From: an uncultured delta proteobacterium
GTDB lineage: Bacteria; Desulfobacterota; Syntrophobacteria; BM002
NCBI GenBank assembly: GCA_963712115.1
Contig: CAVQGX010000039.1
Location: forward strand, 88-64,087
Length of the DNA: 64,000 nucleotides
Direction of reading: 5' to 3'
The position numbers were made by a program, and so were the translations under genes. Shown here in pieces: positions 9,379 through 17,908 of the stretch. Position 1 is the first letter of the stretch, and each line of letters begins with the position of its first letter. The notes below the pieces were generated by a model, which saw nothing but the letters and a program-made list of their open reading frames with translations, was not told where the DNA came from and searched no databases.

Positions 9379-9480
9379 GCAAAAGTTGTATTACATCCCT
9401 TAATTCACAATCGCCTAGGTTACAGACTGGCACAAATTGCTGTGAGTGGTCAAAGCGGGGTTATCGAAAAAAACCCCACT
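9379..9480 (+). repeat. Junction element copy 4 (A site only)
   Basis: GTTGTATTA-CATCCCT-TAATTCACA at 9385-9409. The downstream ~70 bp align loosely with copies 2 and 5. There is no B site. It lies 75 bp beyond the PilZ stop. Confidence 0.65.
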
Positions 9481-9554
9481 GATGAGTCCAGCGATCCAAG
9501 GCCAACAGGGGTAAAGCCCTAGGGTATGGCAATGCATAAAAATGGAGGTGGAAG

Positions 9555-9893
9555 CTACAACCCTGCTTCTGTAGACTGGGCCTCCAAGATCAAGCTAATC
9601 CGGGGGCAGTCTATGAACTTAACTCCCATGCCACGGCTAATTACCTCGTCATTAGGGCGAGGCACACGTGACCAGACAACCTCAGCATGGGAGTTAAACG
9701 ATGGGTTGGAAGGAAGTTTCGCAATGACAATGATCCTCTCTCCGGGCTCAAGCGGTTTTTGGCAACGGATAAAGGCGCCATGCAGGCTAATATTCTCCGT
9801 TACGCCTTCCGTAACGCTTGTTGGAGTGACCATCCTGGCAAGTAATGTGATTGGCATTCTAGGGTGTTGCCGGTTGTCGATATCGTGAGCCAC
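9555..9893 (-). CDS. PilZ-domain protein (c-di-GMP receptor)
   Basis: 112-aa ORF with both PilZ signature motifs: RQHPR (RxxxR) and NISLHG ([D/N]xSxxG). Confidence 0.8.
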   Translation of the reverse strand: MAHDIDNRQHPRMPITLLARMVTPTSVTEGVTENISLHGAFIRCQKPLEPGERIIVIAKLPSNPSFNSHAEVVWSRVPRPNDEVISRGMGVKFIDCPRISLILEAQSTEAGL

Positions 9894-10018
9894 AGTCTTT
9901 CTCTTTTAATGCAGAAATTCTCTTTCTGGAATTGACTATGCTGAGAGAACGAATAGGCAAGTGACGTGCCGATAGTTATGGAAAAGCTAATTACAGGTAA
10001 TGCTGTCTATTTTCGTGC

Positions 10019-10040
10019 CGTATATACGTAAAAACGTAAG
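10019..10040 (-). promoter_or_regulatory. TACGT-repeat motif, copy 2 (inverted relative to copy 1)
   Basis: The forward sequence is CGTATATACGTAAAAACGTAAG. It lies about 126 bp upstream of the PilZ start. Confidence 0.2.
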
Positions 10041-10150
10041 CATCTTAGAACAATCTGACTAACTCTGTAAATCGGCAGGATGCATGATTTTGGTTTTAGT
10101 ACCCTCTAATACCAGGGAGAAACCAAGGTGGTTAGTACGGACAGGTGAGA

Positions 10151-10260
10151 GCAAACTTTATATTACATCCCTTAATTCACACTCCGCTGGAATTTTTTGT
10201 GGCACAAGATATGGGGCAAGGTCAAGGGGTAGTTTTGGTGAAGAAAAAAGAAGCGCCCCC
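10151..10260 (+). repeat. Junction element copy 5 (A site only), lying between the first cassette-like gene and the integrase operon
   Basis: TTTATATTA-CATCCCT-TAATTCACA at 10157-10181. The downstream GGCACAAGATATGGGGCAAGGTCAAGGGG aligns with copies 2 and 4. Confidence 0.65.
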
Positions 10261-10467
10261 ACCGAGGCACCCATCCCCGATGGGGGCAAGATTCGAGATT
10301 AGGCAGGGTAAAGGTGGGATCCCTGCCGAGGGGCACCGAGATCAAAATAGCATAGCTGGGGTAATTTCTGTCAATGTGAAAAAACCACCATTTTTTATCG
10401 AGATTTACTCTTTGTTACATACCATGTTGACAATATATATAATATCATATATATTATCATTACATCA

Positions 10468-10653
10468 ATGAAAGGCGGTGATCGTTTGAAACAGGTAATA
10501 GTAAGAGTTCCGGACAGCTTGCACCGCGAACTGAAGGAAGAAGCCAGGAAGGAGGGGGTTAGCCTCAATCAGCTATGCCTAACTAAATTGGCTAGACCCC
10601 TGGATTGGTACCGGCAAAAATCTATGGAAAATATGAAAGGAAAGGAGGATTGA
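10468..10653 (+). CDS. Ribbon-helix-helix (HicB/Arc-like) DNA-binding protein, a possible recombination directionality factor
   Basis: 61 aa. VIVRVPDSLHRELKEEARKEGVSLNQLCLTKL is a typical RHH strand-helix-helix pattern. Its stop codon sits 1 bp before the integrase start. Confidence 0.6.
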   Translation: MKGGDRLKQVIVRVPDSLHRELKEEARKEGVSLNQLCLTKLARPLDWYRQKSMENMKGKED

Positions 10654-10654
10654 A

Positions 10655-11890
10655 ATGGCAATCTTAGCAGAATGCCCAAGGCGTCATAACAAGCAGAGCA
10701 CCAGAAACAAGTCGTGCTCTGGCAAAAACGGGTGTGGTCTTGACCTGGACAAGGCAAAGAGATCCAAGAAGGTCAAATATTGGATCCAGTACAGGCTACA
10801 GGGTGGAAAACAGCGCAAGGAATACGTGGGTACGTCCATAGAGGAAGCCCGGGATGCTGATGGTAAGCGAAGAGTACAGAAGCGAGAAAACCGTATCTTT
10901 GATATTCTGCCGGAAGCGAAAATGACTTTCAGTGAACTCGCCGGGTGGTATCTGGAGCTTGAAAAAGTCAAAGCCCTGTCGTCATATTGGCGAGTCCAGA
11001 TTGCACTGGATAGCTTCAATTCTGAATTTGGTCATTTGCTGGTTCGTGACATAGGGTTGAGTCAGATAGAGAACTACCAACAGAAAAGGTTAAACATGGG
11101 CATGGCCCCCGGTACGGTTGACCGTGAAGTTGGTGAGATCAAGACCATGATTTACAAGGCTCATGCTGATGGCCTCCTTGGTGACCGAATCGCCATGACT
11201 TTCAAAAAGGTCAAAAAACAGCTTAGGAGAGGCTCAAATGCCCGGGAACGCACCATGACCACAACTGAGTATCTGAGGCTTACGACAGGCAAGCACAAAG
11301 TCAAAACAAAGACGGGCAAAGAGAAACTCGAAGATAACTCGCCGGCCCACCTGAAACAGATCCTTATAGTCGGATTTTACACCGGCATGCGCAAAGGTGA
11401 GCTTTTGAGTTTGAAGTGGTTACACATTGATCGTGAGAAGGGATTTATCAGGCTGCCAGTTGAAATGACCAAGGAAGGGAAACCCAAGAGTATCCCTATT
11501 AACCGGCACGTCAGAGAAGTACTGACCAGTCAGCCTCGCTCGCTGCACCACGATTATGTTTTCACCTATCGCCGGCAGCGGATCAAGAATCTTAGACGCT
11601 CTTTCGAGTCTGCATGCAAGAACGCGGGTATTCCTCACGGTCGCAAAGCGGAGAATGGACTTGTATTCCATGACATTCGAAGGACGGTCAAGACCAATAT
11701 GCTGAGGGCCGGTGTGGACAAGGCCTTAAGGGATACTATCCTGGGTCACAGCCTGCAGGGGATGGATGCTTACTACCTGAAGCCGAGTGGTGAGGATTTG
11801 AAGGCGGCAATCGACAAGTACACCACCTGGATGGATGCCCAAATCGCAAATGTTACCCAAACCGTTACCCAAGAGGCAGAAAAGGGCTAG
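10655..11890 (+). CDS. Tyrosine-type site-specific integrase
   Basis: 411 aa. The C-terminal catalytic region has FHDIRRT...ILGHS...DAYY (R..H..R..Y pattern). The N-terminus is Cys/His-rich (CPRRHNKQSTRNKSCSGKNGC). It lies immediately beside the 3' end of a tRNA gene. Confidence 0.85.
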   Translation: MAILAECPRRHNKQSTRNKSCSGKNGCGLDLDKAKRSKKVKYWIQYRLQGGKQRKEYVGTSIEEARDADGKRRVQKRENRIFDILPEAKMTFSELAGWYLELEKVKALSSYWRVQIALDSFNSEFGHLLVRDIGLSQIENYQQKRLNMGMAPGTVDREVGEIKTMIYKAHADGLLGDRIAMTFKKVKKQLRRGSNARERTMTTTEYLRLTTGKHKVKTKTGKEKLEDNSPAHLKQILIVGFYTGMRKGELLSLKWLHIDREKGFIRLPVEMTKEGKPKSIPINRHVREVLTSQPRSLHHDYVFTYRRQRIKNLRRSFESACKNAGIPHGRKAENGLVFHDIRRTVKTNMLRAGVDKALRDTILGHSLQGMDAYYLKPSGEDLKAAIDKYTTWMDAQIANVTQTVTQEAEKG

Positions 11891-11918
11891 GTGTGATCAC
11901 CTAACCCCTTGAAATAAT

Positions 11919-11995
11919 TGGTCGGGACGACTGGATTCGAACCAGCGACTTCTGCGTCCCGAACGCAGCGCTCTACCAGGCTGAGCCACGTCCCG
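11919..11995 (-). tRNA. tRNA-Pro(CGG): tRNA-Pro (anticodon CGG), CCA encoded
   Basis: The reverse complement reads CGGGACGTGGCTCAGCCTGGTAGAGCGCTGCGTTCGGGACGCAGAAGTCGCTGGTTCGAATCCAGTCGTCCCGACCA. It has a 7-bp acceptor stem, anticodon stem CTGCG/CGCAG with loop TTCGGGA, and a GGTTCGAATCC T-arm. Confidence 0.9.
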
Positions 11996-12077
11996 ATTTT
12001 TTTACCACGGCTACTCTTATCAAAAGCGCCCCATATTGTCTAGTAGAAGAAAGCATGGTGCAGAGCTGAGAGGGAAG

Positions 12078-12169
12078 GTAAGCGGTGAGCGGTAAGCAGT
12101 AAGCGGTGTACTTCTCACATGGTAGATTGCTCAAGACCTACCGCTTACTGTTTACTGCTTACTGCTCAC
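12078..12169. repeat. Low-complexity 'stutter' hairpin (TAAGCGGT-type words and their complement)
   Basis: GGTAAGCGGTGAGCGGTAAGCAGTAAGCGGT at 12078-12108 faces TACCGCTTACTGTTTACTGCTTACTGCTCAC at 12139-12169. Confidence 0.7.
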
Positions 12170-12460
12170 TTCATATAATTGCTGCCTGTTGTCAGCTGCG
12201 AGCTGTCTGCTGATTGACCTGTTTCTTAATTCTCAGGTGAACACATCCGTGCTAGAATGCGTGGGTTTTCTGTAGGAGTAAACTCCCTCCGGTCTCCGAC
12301 TCTTGAGAGTCTACGACTCGGAGAGGCCGTAGGCCCCTCTGGGCCGGAGGCTGCTTGCGATAAGAGGGTAGCTTTTTTCTTTCATTTTAGGCATTTTAGA
12401 TAATTTAGTTCACTTTAGCTCATTTGAATGCCGGGCCTCCGTGCCCGCCAAAAAAGTCTT

Positions 12461-13384
12461 ATGGCCGATATTCTCAAAACAATCTTGCCCATCTTCGCAA
12501 TCATCCTGCTAGGCTGGAGTTTGCGCCGCCTGGATTTGATGCAGGAGGGCTTTCTCAAACCTGCCAACCGGCTTGTTTACTATGTTGCCATACCGGCGAT
12601 GATCTTTCGAGAAATTGCCGAGGCCGAGCTCGTCCAACATTTCAGCCTGGTTCTGGTGGCAACAACACTGGTACCCTTGATTCTCGTAGCTCTGACCGGG
12701 TTAATTCTAGTTAGGGGAATTCAGCTGCAACGGACCAGAGTGGGGAGCTTTCTGCAATGCAGCTTCCACGGCAACCTTGGTTACATTGGTTTGGCTGTAG
12801 CCTTTTACTTCCTCGGTGACCAGGGCTTTACTCGAGCCAGCATCCTCGCCGGGTTTGTCATGTTGTTGCAGAATTTTTTGGCTGTAGTGGCACTCAGTCG
12901 TTTCAACAAAGAGCCCGACCAGAAAATTTCTACGCTCTCTCTCGTTCGCAGGGTATTACTTAACCCTGTGATTATTTCGGCCATGGCAGGTATGGCTTTT
13001 TCCCTGACGGGGCTGGACCTGCCTGTGATTTTGGATCGGAGTCTCAAAATCCTGAGTGGTATGGCCTTGCCCCTGGCCCTTCTGCTGATAGGCACCTCAA
13101 TATCTTTTGCCCAGATGCGGCAGCAATTGCGGCTTACAGCCTTGATCGGTGTTCTGAAGTTGCTACTTCTCCCGGCAACCGGCTTAATTCTATTTCATTT
13201 TCTGGACCTGCAGAGAATAGAGTATCTGCCCGCACTCATCCTTCTGGCTTCGCCCACTGCCACCGTATCCTATGTGATGGCATCGGAAATGGCGGGAGAT
13301 ACTGACATGGCCACGGCTGCCATTTCCATTACCACGCTCGTTTCGGCAGTCACTTTTACTCTGTGGCTAAGTTTGGGGAGTTGA
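12461..13384 (+). CDS. AEC-family (auxin efflux carrier) membrane transporter
   Basis: The ORF starts at 12428, and the family-typical start is MADILKTILPIFAIILLGW at 12461. It is polytopic throughout and has a two-halves architecture. Confidence 0.75.
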   Translation: MADILKTILPIFAIILLGWSLRRLDLMQEGFLKPANRLVYYVAIPAMIFREIAEAELVQHFSLVLVATTLVPLILVALTGLILVRGIQLQRTRVGSFLQCSFHGNLGYIGLAVAFYFLGDQGFTRASILAGFVMLLQNFLAVVALSRFNKEPDQKISTLSLVRRVLLNPVIISAMAGMAFSLTGLDLPVILDRSLKILSGMALPLALLLIGTSISFAQMRQQLRLTALIGVLKLLLLPATGLILFHFLDLQRIEYLPALILLASPTATVSYVMASEMAGDTDMATAAISITTLVSAVTFTLWLSLGS

Positions 13385-13446
13385 GTTTTGCGAGACGAGC
13401 GAGACGGGGGATAGATGACAGAGGACAGACGACCGAGAAGATGTTG

Positions 13447-13540
13447 GAGGTTTGAGGTTAGAGGTTTGAGGCAATAAATCGGACGAAGTAAACGAATAGT
13501 GCCTCCAACCTAAAGCGGAGCGCTCCTCCAACCTGCAACC
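13447..13540. repeat. Low-complexity 'stutter' hairpin (GAGGTTTGAGG / CCTCCAACC words)
   Basis: GGAGGTTTGAGGTTAGAGGTTTGAGGC faces GCCTCCAACCTAAAGCGGAGCGCTCCTCCAACCTGCAACC. It lies downstream of the AEC gene. Confidence 0.65.
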
Positions 13541-13691
13541 CTATGTTCCATGCGATTTGCCTACTGGATTCTGGCTCCTGACTCCTGGATTCTCAGACTT
13601 GTCTCTGCGAAATATGAATTGACAGGCGAGGTTGGATTGTTTAGTGCTTGGAGTCCGGAGGATGATTACCGGCTTCTCGGAAGGAGATTAA

Positions 13692-14780
13692 ATGGCTAAG
13701 GACTCGAGGAGGCACTCGGCTGATTTCGGTGACGGCGTGGAAGACCGCTTGGAGCCGTTAGAGAGTTTGGATGTAAAAAAAGCCGAAGACTTTGATCAGC
13801 TATTTAGGCAAATGACTAAGACCGCCTTTGCCGGCAGGAACCTAGGTGAGGCGGCTGAGGTACTCACGGAGATGGTTTCCGATCCGGACTGTCTAGTTGT
13901 GGGCACATTTTCAGGGGCCATGACAGTGGCAAAGATGGGTCTCCTCATTTGCGACATGATCGACTGGGGTTGGCTGGATATGATCATCACTACTGGGGCG
14001 CTAATGGCCCACGGGTTTGTGGAAGCTACCGGCATGACCCATTTCAAACATGATCGTCGCTTGGATGATGCTGCCCTCTACCGTAAGGGGTACAACCGGA
14101 TATATGACACTCTGGAACTGGAAAAGAACCTGGATCGTGCAGAAAGGATAATCAGTGGCATCCTAGACAGGATGGACACCACCGCACCCCTCAGTTCAGA
14201 GATATTTTGCCGCGAGTTGGGGAAGTGGCTGGCAGAAAATACCGACAAACCAGGAATACTGCAGAACGCCTATCGCAAGGATGTGCCCATTTACATCCCG
14301 GCCTTCACGGATTCTGAGCTGGCGCTGGATGTCGGCACCTGGATGGTGAAAAAGGCAATGGCCGGTGATCCGGATCTGGACATAAACCAAGCTCTCGATC
14401 AGGTGGATATTACTTTCAACCCCTTTATGGATCTGAGTTCGTATACCAGGCGAGTAATGAAGGCAAAAAGCTTAGGAATATTTACTATCGGCGGTGGGGT
14501 TCCCCGCAACTGGGCCCAGCAAGTGAGCCCCTATCTGGAAATTCTCGAAGAACGCTGCGGTAGGTCCGTTCCTATTAAGAAATTTCGCTATGGTCTGCGG
14601 ATATGCCCGGAACCTCCATACTGGGGAGGGTTGAGCGGGTGTACCTATTCGGAGGGCGTCTCCTGGGGAAAGTTCGTGGCTCCCGAGGACGGCGGTTGTT
14701 TTGCCGAGGTTCTTTGTGATGCCACCGTTGCCTGGCCTTTCCTCATCAAAGCAGTCAAACAAAGGTTGGATAAGAAGTAG
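13692..14780 (+). CDS. Deoxyhypusine synthase family protein
   Basis: 362 aa. The motifs FSGAMTVAKMG, PAFTDSELALD and TIGGGVPRNW are characteristic of the DHS/homospermidine-synthase-like fold. Confidence 0.75.
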   Translation: MAKDSRRHSADFGDGVEDRLEPLESLDVKKAEDFDQLFRQMTKTAFAGRNLGEAAEVLTEMVSDPDCLVVGTFSGAMTVAKMGLLICDMIDWGWLDMIITTGALMAHGFVEATGMTHFKHDRRLDDAALYRKGYNRIYDTLELEKNLDRAERIISGILDRMDTTAPLSSEIFCRELGKWLAENTDKPGILQNAYRKDVPIYIPAFTDSELALDVGTWMVKKAMAGDPDLDINQALDQVDITFNPFMDLSSYTRRVMKAKSLGIFTIGGGVPRNWAQQVSPYLEILEERCGRSVPIKKFRYGLRICPEPPYWGGLSGCTYSEGVSWGKFVAPEDGGCFAEVLCDATVAWPFLIKAVKQRLDKK

Positions 14781-14789
14781 ATTTACAAT

Positions 14790-15000
14790 GAGAGGTCAGA
14801 GGTCAGGTTTTACTAGGCACTAAGCAGTAGGCACTAGGCACCAAGTCTCAAGGTGTCAGGTTTCAGGTGTCAGGGAGGAGAAACACAAAAGCTGAAACCT
14901 GAAACCTTAGTCCTTGCTCCATGCCCTGTGCCTTCCGCAATCTGCAATCTCAAATCTAAAATCCTCACCATTCCAATATTCCATGATTCCATCATTCCGA
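14790..15000. repeat. Cluster of low-complexity 'stutter' repeats and hairpins
   Basis: Successive word-repeats are present: GAGGTCAGAGGTCAGG, CACTAAGCAGTAGGCACTAGGCACC, GGTGTCAGGTTTCAGGTGTCAGG facing GCTGAAACCTGAAACC, CCATGCCCTGTGCCTTCC, GCAATCTGCAATCTCAAATCTAAAATC and TTCCAATATTCCATGATTCCATCATTCC. Confidence 0.7.
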
Positions 15001-15064
15001 CAAAAAAGGCCGCGGTTTTCAGTGTTTTGCCGCGGCCTTTGTCTCTCTAGAAAAATCTCAGGTG

Positions 15065-16210
15065 CTATTGGTACTCTTTCCCGTTTTTCGCCTCCAGAAT
15101 AGAAACCAACACTACAATAATAAATGCCTGGCACAGCAAAAGAAAACCGGCGAAAGGAGTGGAGTAACGGAGTAGCAGGGCGCTCAAACCCAGGCAGATG
15201 GTAAGGAGGTAAATAAAAAGAACACTCTGAGTGGCACCACCAAGTACCCGGGCCAGACGATGGTGCAAATGGTCGTGACCAACATACTCGATCCATTCAC
15301 GGAAGGTACGGGTTTTGCCTCTAATCACTCTGAATAGGGTAATGTGGGCCATATCAAAGATGAGAATCCAGAATATTAAGATGGGAGAAAAGATCGAAAC
15401 TACAGGATTAAAGTCAGCCCAATCGCTATATATTGCTAGAGAGCCCAAAACGAAACCGATGGTAGTGCTTCCTGCATCGCCAAGAAAGATGAGGGCTTGC
15501 TTCCACGGTCGGAAGTTATATGGCAGAAATCCGAGGCAGGCGCCCAGCATGGCCACAGCCGCCCAGCCTACAAAGGGAGAGTCCATCTGCATGGCGACAA
15601 TGGCCAGAAAGAAAGCAATAATTGCTGAGACCCCGGCGGCAAGTCCGTCCATGCCATCGAAAAAATTCATGGCATTGGTGATACCGACGATCCAGATCAC
15701 AGACAGAAGACGATTGACAATGCTGCCGAGTAGGGCAGTTTCGGGAAAAAGGACAAGCCGGACTCCAACGAAGGTCAGACCAACGGCAAGAACAATTTGA
15801 ACAATCAGTTTGACATGGGCCTTCAAGTTCAAGGTGTCATCAAAGACCCCCAAAACAAAGAGGATCATGGCAGCGACCAGGATGCCCCCGAACTCGCGGC
15901 TGAAGATGCCATTGATGAGGAGTGGCAGGAAAAATCCGAGAAAAACAGCAGCCCCACCCAAGAGAGGCGTAGGTTCCTTGTGGATCTTGTGCCCACTGGG
16001 GTTATCTACTAACCCCCAGTTCATGGCGAGAAGCCTGCAAATTGGTGTGGTCAACCCGCTGAAGCTGAAGGCTAAAACCAGGATATAAAGCCAGCGCCTG
16101 CCTGTATACACAAAAAAATGACGAGTGGCAGGGTAAAAGGCAAAGCCAAGCAGAATAAGGGCCAAGAAGTAATACCAGGCGGGTAGGAGAAGTTGATGAT
16201 TTTTTTTCAC
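15065..16210 (-). CDS. Polyprenyl-phosphate HexNAc-1-phosphate transferase (MraY/WecA family, GT4 membrane)
   Basis: Motifs NAMNFFDGMDGLAAG and FLGDAGS, in a polytopic protein. The likely start is GTG at 16210, preceded by GAAGGAGA and overlapping the upstream TGA. The track ORF extends to 16249. Confidence 0.85.
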   Translation of the reverse strand: MKKNHQLLLPAWYYFLALILLGFAFYPATRHFFVYTGRRWLYILVLAFSFSGLTTPICRLLAMNWGLVDNPSGHKIHKEPTPLLGGAAVFLGFFLPLLINGIFSREFGGILVAAMILFVLGVFDDTLNLKAHVKLIVQIVLAVGLTFVGVRLVLFPETALLGSIVNRLLSVIWIVGITNAMNFFDGMDGLAAGVSAIIAFFLAIVAMQMDSPFVGWAAVAMLGACLGFLPYNFRPWKQALIFLGDAGSTTIGFVLGSLAIYSDWADFNPVVSIFSPILIFWILIFDMAHITLFRVIRGKTRTFREWIEYVGHDHLHHRLARVLGGATQSVLFIYLLTICLGLSALLLRYSTPFAGFLLLCQAFIIVVLVSILEAKNGKEYQ

Positions 16211-17268
16211 TGAGAGTTCTCCTTCAAAGCCTGATGCAAAGCCTGGCACACCCGATGCACATCCTGGGACGTGAGGGATGGATGGATTGGCAGTGATAGA
16301 TGAGACTTCCAGGCCATTTCAGCACCGGGATAATCCTCCAGGTTAAAGTACCGGTGTAATGGTCGGTAAATCGGTCTTGCAACCTCTATGCCCGTATTCA
16401 ATAGTTTTTGGATCAGTTCCCTGACATTTCCCTGACTCGAGACCACATACCGATAATAGATTCTGCCCTCTTGTGATGGAGGTAGAGTGCAAGGAATCGT
16501 TGCCAGTTGTTCGTTGTAAACTCCGGCCAATGCTTCTCTCTGGCCCAAGAATCTTTCAAGTTTTTGTAGTTGACTGCGACCCAATGCCGCCTGAAGATCT
16601 GTCATTTTATAGTTGAAGCGCACCTTGAAATCGTTCTTTTTGTCGTAATCCCTGAGATCTCTTGCTCTTTCCAGTAGAGCGAGGTCTTGGGAGAGGAGCA
16701 TTCCTCCTTCTCCGGTGGTGATGATCTTGGTTGCATAAAATGAGCATATGGCCAAGTTACCGAGAGTCCCAACCTTTTCACCTCCCAATTCTGCCCCTAA
16801 TGCCTGAGCGCAATCTTCGATCACTGGAAGACCCAAGGTTAATATCTCATTCAGGTTTGCAGGCAATCCAAAGAGATGAACCACAATGATCGCCTTAGAT
16901 TTGGGGGTAAGCCGTCTTTTAAGATCATTCGGATCCATGTTGCCGGTTGCCGGGTCTACATCAACCAGCACCGGTGTCGCTCCAGAGTGATAAACGGCAT
17001 GTAGCGGGGCGGAGCACACATAAGAGGGCAGAAGAACCTCGTCACCCCGGCCAACACCCAAGGAGAGTAAAGCCATATGGATAGCGGCCGTGCCCGATGA
17101 GGTGGCGACTCCAGGGGGAAGTCCATGAAAAGTTCCCAGATCTTCTTCAAAACCTCTCACTTGTGGGCCTTGGGCGAGTTGGCCGGAGGTAAGGACATCT
17201 TGAAGAAGGCGGATTTCCTCATCGTCCAGAGAAGGGCGGGAATGAGTGATAGTCACCTTTTGTTCCAT
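16207..17268 (-). CDS. DegT/DnrJ/EryC1/StrS-family sugar aminotransferase
   Basis: 353 aa. It has the family-typical layout: N-terminal LLQDVLTSGQLAQGPQV, then SGTAAIHMAL, and SFYATKIITTGEGGM carrying the PLP lysine. Confidence 0.85.
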   Translation of the reverse strand: MEQKVTITHSRPSLDDEEIRLLQDVLTSGQLAQGPQVRGFEEDLGTFHGLPPGVATSSGTAAIHMALLSLGVGRGDEVLLPSYVCSAPLHAVYHSGATPVLVDVDPATGNMDPNDLKRRLTPKSKAIIVVHLFGLPANLNEILTLGLPVIEDCAQALGAELGGEKVGTLGNLAICSFYATKIITTGEGGMLLSQDLALLERARDLRDYDKKNDFKVRFNYKMTDLQAALGRSQLQKLERFLGQREALAGVYNEQLATIPCTLPPSQEGRIYYRYVVSSQGNVRELIQKLLNTGIEVARPIYRPLHRYFNLEDYPGAEMAWKSHLSLPIHPSLTSQDVHRVCQALHQALKENSQ

Positions 17269-17281
17269 TGCACCTGACAGA

Positions 17282-17908
17282 TCAGATATTTATGAAGAGT
17301 CGCAAAGGCGCAAAAGCTTCAGCGAATTTTACCCTGCCTTGTATTCCCCTGAAAGTGGCGTTTGCTCTTGCGAGTTCAACAATGGACATGTTCTTGATGT
17401 TGGTCTTCATAACCTGAGATTCATGTGCCTCCAGGACCTGAAATTTGCGTTCTAGAGTGTCGGAGATGTCAACAAAGACCTGGGGGTTGAAGTTCTGAGT
17501 AGTTGGTACCTCGAAGAAGAGGACATTGCGAACATACCGGGTGGCAGACATGGTGGCTTCGGTGAGTACGCGATGATCCTGGTGGGTGTCGTCCCCGTAG
17601 TTGACGAGAATAAGATCCGGTTCTACATCCACAAGTACCTCTTCAATCTTGTCGATCAGTTCTTTATTGAGAGGCATCTGGGTGTCACGATACCCTCCCC
17701 AGAAGACCTGCTTAGCCCCAATAATTTCGGCCGCTGCAAGCTGCTCCTCATGGCGCACCTCGCTTTCGCCTCCCTTTTCACCTCTAGTAAGGACCATGAG
17801 GTGAATGCGGTGATCTCGTTCGGCATATTTGATGAGCGTTGCAGCACAACCGTACTCGATGTCATCGGGGTGTGCCCCGATTGCCAGGATGTTCATGCGT
17901 TTGATCAT
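17282..17908 (-). CDS. PIG-L/LmbE-family deacetylase
   Basis: ILAIGAHPDDIEYGCAATL and the HQDH motif. Confidence 0.85.
   Translation of the reverse strand: MIKRMNILAIGAHPDDIEYGCAATLIKYAERDHRIHLMVLTRGEKGGESEVRHEEQLAAAEIIGAKQVFWGGYRDTQMPLNKELIDKIEEVLVDVEPDLILVNYGDDTHQDHRVLTEATMSATRYVRNVLFFEVPTTQNFNPQVFVDISDTLERKFQVLEAHESQVMKTNIKNMSIVELARANATFRGIQGRVKFAEAFAPLRLFINI

Noticed and set aside
9428-9440. TGGCACAAATTGC inside junction element 4 as a sigma-54 promoter
   Set aside because: The GG to GC spacing is 2 nt too short for the -24/-12 register, and it is not conserved in the other element copies.
9526-9888. 120-aa plus-strand ORF
   Set aside because: It is fully antisense to the PilZ gene, which carries both PilZ signature motifs, and it has no motifs of its own.
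10084-10471. 72-aa and 108-aa plus-strand ORFs upstream of the RHH gene
   Set aside because: They run straight through junction element copy 5 and an AT-rich promoter-like tract. The composition is not coding-like.
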